Made by a program: the position numbers and the translations under genes
Shown here: piece after piece, positions 23,528 through 27,120 of the stretch
Layout of the letters: each line of letters opens with the position of its first letter
Position numbering within the stretch: position 1 is the stretch's first letter
Notes under the pieces: generated by a model
Databases searched by the model: none
What the model was told of the DNA's origin: nothing
What the model saw: the letters and a program-made list of their open reading frames with translations, nothing else
Assembly: GCA_041401985.1 (NCBI GenBank)
Contig: JAWKTE010000030.1
Coordinates: 1 to 27,120, forward strand
DNA length: 27,120 bases
Direction of reading: 5' to 3'
From: Phycisphaerales bacterium
Lineage (GTDB): Bacteria > Planctomycetota > Phycisphaerae > Phycisphaerales > UBA1924

Positions 23528-24829
23528 TCACACCCCCATGAGGATCTCCATCGTCCGCTGGTCCAGTTCCTCATACGCCAACCGCCGCCGCGCCAACGCC
23601 CCACGATCGAACTCGGTCCGCGGCAGCGCCGCCGCGCTCGGCAACCCCACCCCTCCCACCCTCTTCGCGCCCTTCGCGCCCTCGGCGTTGCCCTCCGCTC
23701 CCTCCGCGTTCGGCATCCCCATCTCCCGCAGCAGCCGGCGCACGACCGGGTCTTCCCCCCACCGACGCGCCTTGTCCTTCAGGATCAGGTACGTCCGCAT
23801 CGACCCCCGCGCGAACGCGACCACATCCCGCCGATCCGCCGTGCGGTACGCGTGGCTGTCGAAGTGCTTGAAGCCCTTGTACCTGTGCCCCTCCAGCAGT
23901 TTCACGAGGAAGAACGCGTGCTTGAGGTTCGCCGACCCGAAGCGGAAGTCCTGGTCGTACCGCCCGAACTCCTGGTCGTTCAGATCGATGTGGAACAACT
24001 TCTTCGCCTCGATCGCCATCGCCACCGCGTGCACGAAGTTCAGCCCCGCCATGTGCTCGTGGGCCACCTCCGGGTTCACGCCCACCATCGCCGGGTGGGC
24101 CAGCGTCGGGATCAACGCCAGGTAGTGCCCCGTGGTCGGGAAGCACATGTGCCCACGCGGCTCGTTTGGCTTGGCCTCCAGCGCCAAGCGATACCCGTAC
24201 CCCTTCTCGATCGAGTACCGGCACAGCGCATCGACCGCCACACGAAACCGACGGATCGCCAGCACCGGGTCCTTGGCCGCGTCGGTCTCGACACCCTCGC
24301 GCCCGCCCCACAGCACGTACACCTTGGCCCCGAACTCCGCCCCAAGGTCCATGCACCGCATGCTCTTGGCGACGGCGTAGGCCCGCACGTCCGCGTCGTT
24401 GCTCGTGAACGCGCCGTCTCGGAACGCGGGATCGCTGAACAGGTTGGCGGTGACCATGCACACGCGCAGACGCTCGCGCCGCAGGGCCGAGCGGAACTCC
24501 CGCTTGATGGCCGCGGCCTCCGCCTCGCCCGCATCGATCGGCACAAGATCGTTGTCGTGCAGGTTGACGCCGTGCACCCCGCCCACCTCGCCCAGAAGTT
24601 CGACGATCTCCGCCGGCGACCAGCGCGGGCGCGTGGCCTCGCCGAACGGATCGCGCCCAACGTTGCCGACGGTCCAGAGTCCGAAGGTGAACCTGTCCGC
24701 TGGCGTCGGCACGAACGGGCCGCTTTCACCACGACCGCCACGGCCACCACCACGCCCGCGCCCCTTCGTTGATCGCGCCGAAGCGCCAGCCCGTGCCGTC
24801 GCCCCCACCGCCTTCTTCTTCTTCGCCAT
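23528..24829 (-). CDS. xylA: Xylose isomerase, class I (actinobacterial-type), with a ~35-aa Lys/Arg/Gly-rich N-terminal extension if ATG 24829 is the start.
   Basis: PTPADRFTFGLWTVGN..., EAKPNEPRG, VNPEVAHEHMAGLNF, HIDLNDQEFGRYDQDFRFG, GFKHFDSHAYRTADRRDVVAFARGSMRTYLILKDKA — collinear with class I XylA. ATG 24829 (MAKKKKAVGATARAG...RGRGGGRGGRGES) and GTG 24859 are upstream candidates. An in-frame GTG at the V of PFVPTPADRF would give a canonical-length protein. TGA at 23528-23530. Confidence 0.85.
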   Translation of the reverse strand: MAKKKKAVGATARAGASARSTKGRGRGGGRGGRGESGPFVPTPADRFTFGLWTVGNVGRDPFGEATRPRWSPAEIVELLGEVGGVHGVNLHDNDLVPIDAGEAEAAAIKREFRSALRRERLRVCMVTANLFSDPAFRDGAFTSNDADVRAYAVAKSMRCMDLGAEFGAKVYVLWGGREGVETDAAKDPVLAIRRFRVAVDALCRYSIEKGYGYRLALEAKPNEPRGHMCFPTTGHYLALIPTLAHPAMVGVNPEVAHEHMAGLNFVHAVAMAIEAKKLFHIDLNDQEFGRYDQDFRFGSANLKHAFFLVKLLEGHRYKGFKHFDSHAYRTADRRDVVAFARGSMRTYLILKDKARRWGEDPVVRRLLREMGMPNAEGAEGNAEGAKGAKRVGGVGLPSAAALPRTEFDRGALARRRLAYEELDQRTMEILMGV

Positions 24830-24892
24830 GCGCGGATTCTGGCACGAGACCGCCATCACCGCAAGCGATCGCGACCTCCGCCAGGATCTGCC

Positions 24893-24908
24893 ATCTCAGA
24901 TCTGAGAT
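24893..24908. promoter_or_regulatory. Perfect 16-bp palindrome ATCTCAGATCTGAGAT in the divergent xylA-apbE intergenic region; candidate operator.
   Basis: The sequence is self-complementary, and flanking GGATCTG / CAGATTC half-sites extend the dyad imperfectly to about 38 bp. It is locally AT-richer than the surrounding DNA and lies 35-65 nt upstream of the xylA start candidates. Confidence 0.45.
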
Positions 24909-25114
24909 CCCAGATTCGGACCCCCAAGCCCGTATCCGCCGACTCCCCCATCCCCCGCACTTCTGCTTGCCGCTCGTGGTTGCCTCTGTTCCGGCTCTAC
25001 CGTTCCGCGGCCAATGGCCGATCCTCTCCGCTCCCTCCGCGTCCCTCTCCGCGTCCTCCGCGTTCGGCATCACCCATACCGTCCCCCGTGCCCCTCACCT
25101 TCTGCCTCGACGCC

Positions 25115-26056
25115 ATGCGGACCCGCTTCGAGATCGTCCTCGACGCGCCGCATCTTCCCGAACGCGACGCCCAGGCCGCCGCCCGCGCCGCCCTCGACGA
25201 GGTCGCGCTCGCCGAGCAACGCCTCTCGCTCTTCCGCAAGGACTCGCTCCTCGCCCACATCAACCGCGCGGCGTTCCACGAACCCGTCCGCCTCGACGCC
25301 GACACCTTCAACCTGCTCGCCACCGCCCGCGCCGTGTGGCTCGCCTCGGACGGCGCGTTCGACCCCACCATCGCCCGCCGCATGACGGCCCTCGGCCTCC
25401 ACGACAACGCCGTGCTGCCCGATCTGGCCGACGACGCACCTCCCCCCTCCCCCGCGTGCGGGGGAGGTGTTAGACGAGGCTCTGCGAGTCTGACGGAGGG
25501 GGCAACCGATCAACCCTCAACCCACACCAACACGCCCCACACCCTCGCCGCGATCGACCTCAACCCCACCGCCTCCACCATCCGCTTCAACGCCCCGGTC
25601 GCCCTCGACCTGGGCGCGATCGCCAAGGGCCACGCCCTCGACCTGGCCGGCCGCACCCTCCGCGAGCACGCGATCCAGACCGCCCTGCTCCACGCCGGCA
25701 CCAGCACCGTGCTCGCCCTGGGCCATCCGCCCGATCGCCACGCCTGGTCGGTCGCCGTCCGCACGCCCACCGGCGATGCCCCGTCCATCGACCTGCGCGA
25801 CGCCGCCCTTTCCGTCTCCGCACACCACGCCCGATCCAGCCCCACCGACCCCGCCACCACCCACATCCTCGACCCCCGCACCGGCCAGCCCGCCACGCCC
25901 CCCCACCCCATCGCCGCCGTCACCGCCCCCACCGCCACCCTCGCCGACGCCTGGTCCACGGCCATCCTCATCCTCAGGTCGCCGCCGCCAACGCTGCCGC
26001 GCGACATCCGCGTCATCCTGCCGACGAGCGATCAAGTGCCGAGTGCCGAGGACTGA
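25115..26056 (+). CDS. apbE: FAD:protein FMN transferase (ApbE/Ftp family) with no recognisable signal peptide and with a low-complexity insertion.
   Basis: AMRTRFEIVL (MGT-like start of the ApbE domain), ALDLGAIAKGHALD (conserved DLGGIAKGYAVD motif), and C-terminal THILDPRTGQPA. ATG 25115. The track ORF starts at TTG 24980, but that N-terminal extension (PLFRLYRSAANGRSSPLPPRPSPRPP) is not signal-like. Insertion DDAPPPSPACGGGVRRGSASLTEGATDQPSTHTNT. TGA at 26054-26056. Confidence 0.72.
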   Translation: MRTRFEIVLDAPHLPERDAQAAARAALDEVALAEQRLSLFRKDSLLAHINRAAFHEPVRLDADTFNLLATARAVWLASDGAFDPTIARRMTALGLHDNAVLPDLADDAPPPSPACGGGVRRGSASLTEGATDQPSTHTNTPHTLAAIDLNPTASTIRFNAPVALDLGAIAKGHALDLAGRTLREHAIQTALLHAGTSTVLALGHPPDRHAWSVAVRTPTGDAPSIDLRDAALSVSAHHARSSPTDPATTHILDPRTGQPATPPHPIAAVTAPTATLADAWSTAILILRSPPPTLPRDIRVILPTSDQVPSAED

Positions 26057-26129
26057 GTGCCGAGTCTCGGCGACCCGGCGTCCCCCACCACTCGGCACTC
26101 GGCACTCAGCACTCAGCACGCAGCACTCG
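26036..26129. repeat. Inverted arrays of tandem heptamers (GTGCCGA)n ... (ACTCRGC)n between apbE and the Gfo/Idh/MocA gene, including a 15-bp perfect inverted repeat.
   Basis: Left: gtgccgagtgccgag (26036-26050), a gactga spacer, then a third copy gtgccgag (26057-26064). Right: ctcggcactcggcac (26091-26105, the exact reverse complement of the left 15-mer), then actcagc actcagc acgcagc actcgc. The inner small hairpin is ccgag t ctcgg. The left arm overlaps the last codons of apbE. Confidence 0.55.
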
Positions 26130-26144
26130 CTCCTACCCTCCCCC

Positions 26145-27120
26145 ATGCCCACCAACCGCCGCGACTTCATCCGCACCTCCGCCGGTGCGCTCGCCGCCAT
26201 GGCCATCGTTCCTGAACTGGCCCTGGGCCGCTCGCTCCGCCTCGACGGCATGCCCGTGGCCCTTATCGGCGCAGGCCGCCAGGGCCGCGTCCTCATGGGC
26301 GAGATCCAGAAGATCGCCGGCGCGACCATTGCCGCGGTGTGCGACCCCGTCGAGACCCGCCTGGCCGCCGGCCTGCGCCGCGCCCCCGGTGCCCTGGGCT
26401 TCGCCGACCACCGCGCCCTGCTGGAGCGCGACGACATCCAGGCCGTGTTCATCGCCACGCCCACGCACCTGCACCGCGCCATCGCCGAGGCCGCCCTGGC
26501 CGCCGGCAAGCACGTCTACTGCGAGGCCCCCATCGCCCACACCGTCGACGACGCCAAGGCCATCGTCCGCGCGGCCCGCGCATCCTCCAAGGTCTTCATG
26601 CCCGGCCTCGAGGGGCGCTCCAACCCCGTCTACCAACTCGCCCGCACCTTCTTCCGCTCCGAGGCGGTCCGCGACCTGGTCTCCATGCGGGCCCAGCAGC
26701 ACGAGAAGATCTCGTGGCGCACCCCCGTCTCCAACCCCGCCGACGAGCGGGCCCTCAACTGGCGCCTCGACAACGCCGTCACCACCGGCCTGCCCGGTGA
26801 GTGGGGCACCCACCAGTTCGACGTCTTCCACTGGTACACCGACCGCCGCCCCCTGCGCGTCCGCGGCGTCGGCTCCATCCGCCTCCACGACGACGGGCGC
26901 ACCCTGCCCGACTCGGTCGCCTGCCTCATCGAGTACGAGGGCGGCCGAACTCTCTCCTACGAAGCCACGCTCGCCAACTCCTACGAGGGCCGCTACGAAG
27001 TCCTCTACGGCACCAACGCCGCGATCAAACTCGGCTGGAGCCACGGCTGGATGTTCAAGGAGGCCGACGCCCCCACCCAGGGCTGGGAGGTCTACGCCAA
27101 CCGCCAGCAGTTCCACAACG
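26145..27120 (+). CDS. Tat-secreted Gfo/Idh/MocA family NAD(P)-dependent oxidoreductase. 5' part only; the gene continues beyond the window end.
   Basis: ATG 26145: MPTNRRDFIRTSAGALAAMAIVPELALG (twin-arginine motif RRDFIR), then VALIGAGRQGR (Rossmann GxGxxG), ATPTHLH, AAGKHVYCEAP (Gfo/Idh/MocA EKP motif). The frame is open to the last base of the window. It is not in the ORF track because there is no stop. Confidence 0.85.
   Translation, partial: MPTNRRDFIRTSAGALAAMAIVPELALGRSLRLDGMPVALIGAGRQGRVLMGEIQKIAGATIAAVCDPVETRLAAGLRRAPGALGFADHRALLERDDIQAVFIATPTHLHRAIAEAALAAGKHVYCEAPIAHTVDDAKAIVRAARASSKVFMPGLEGRSNPVYQLARTFFRSEAVRDLVSMRAQQHEKISWRTPVSNPADERALNWRLDNAVTTGLPGEWGTHQFDVFHWYTDRRPLRVRGVGSIRLHDDGRTLPDSVACLIEYEGGRTLSYEATLANSYEGRYEVLYGTNAAIKLGWSHGWMFKEADAPTQGWEVYANRQQFHN

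Noticed and set aside
1-27120. Search for tRNA, rRNA, CRISPR repeats, transposase or integrase genes.
   Set aside because: No GTTCGA-type T-arm in any intergenic region. No regularly spaced direct repeats of 25-40 nt with unique spacers. No DDE, serine or tyrosine recombinase motifs in any frame.

Overview
This is a high-GC (about 70%+) chromosomal segment densely packed with protein-coding genes on both strands. It looks like a Gram-negative, possibly Planctomycetota-like, genome, but that is a weak inference from gene content alone. I found no rRNA, tRNA, CRISPR array, transposase or integrase.

Genes in order:
- 5' partial flagellar rod protein (FlgF/FlgG family, minus strand; absent from the ORF track because it runs off the window).
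- A small FmdB-like protein.
- A sulfotransferase.
- A Wzm/Wzt ABC-2 glycan exporter, where the Wzt has a C-terminal carbohydrate-binding-type extension.
- A 925-aa protein with two class I SAM methyltransferase domains followed by a helical region and a C-terminal coiled coil with repeated W-L-x-x-Q-R-x-E-L-E motifs.
- On the minus strand, an operon-like run: YahK-type Zn alcohol dehydrogenase, ArnT/PMT-family glycosyltransferase, and a translationally coupled zinc-ribbon membrane mini-protein.
- A membrane-anchored CX5R tyrosine phosphatase.
- A large membrane-anchored protein with a roughly 350-aa acidic Q/P/E-rich disordered region, divergent from a flotillin-like SPFH gene.
- Downstream of the flotillin gene: a trypsin-fold serine protease with a TPR tail, rlmN, and a GNAT acetyltransferase.
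- An MscS-family channel.
- An ICMT-family membrane methyltransferase.
- A class I xylose isomerase with an odd K/R/G-rich N-terminal extension.
- An ApbE-family flavin transferase.
- A Tat-signal Gfo/Idh/MocA oxidoreductase that runs off the 3' end (also not in the track).

Main hypothesis: sulfotransferase + Wzm + Wzt-with-binding-domain + dual-methyltransferase/coiled-coil form a terminator/ruler-type ABC-transporter-dependent glycan export module, analogous to WbdD-Wzm-Wzt. It adds a sulfotransferase and lacks adjacent polymerising glycosyltransferases.

Other things worth a look: the flotillin-protease-disordered-protein neighbourhood, several strong inverted repeats and palindromes in intergenic regions, G-quadruplex-type tracts, and start-codon ambiguities. 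Many long ORFs in the six-frame track are antisense or alternate-frame shadows typical of high-GC DNA and were rejected.

The ORF track implies the wzm stop / wzt start sits 1 nt away from my own count of the printed sequence (2946..2948 and 2938 in the track versus 2947..2949 and 2939 by my count); I used the track values. All functional calls are from motif recognition by eye, with no database searches run.
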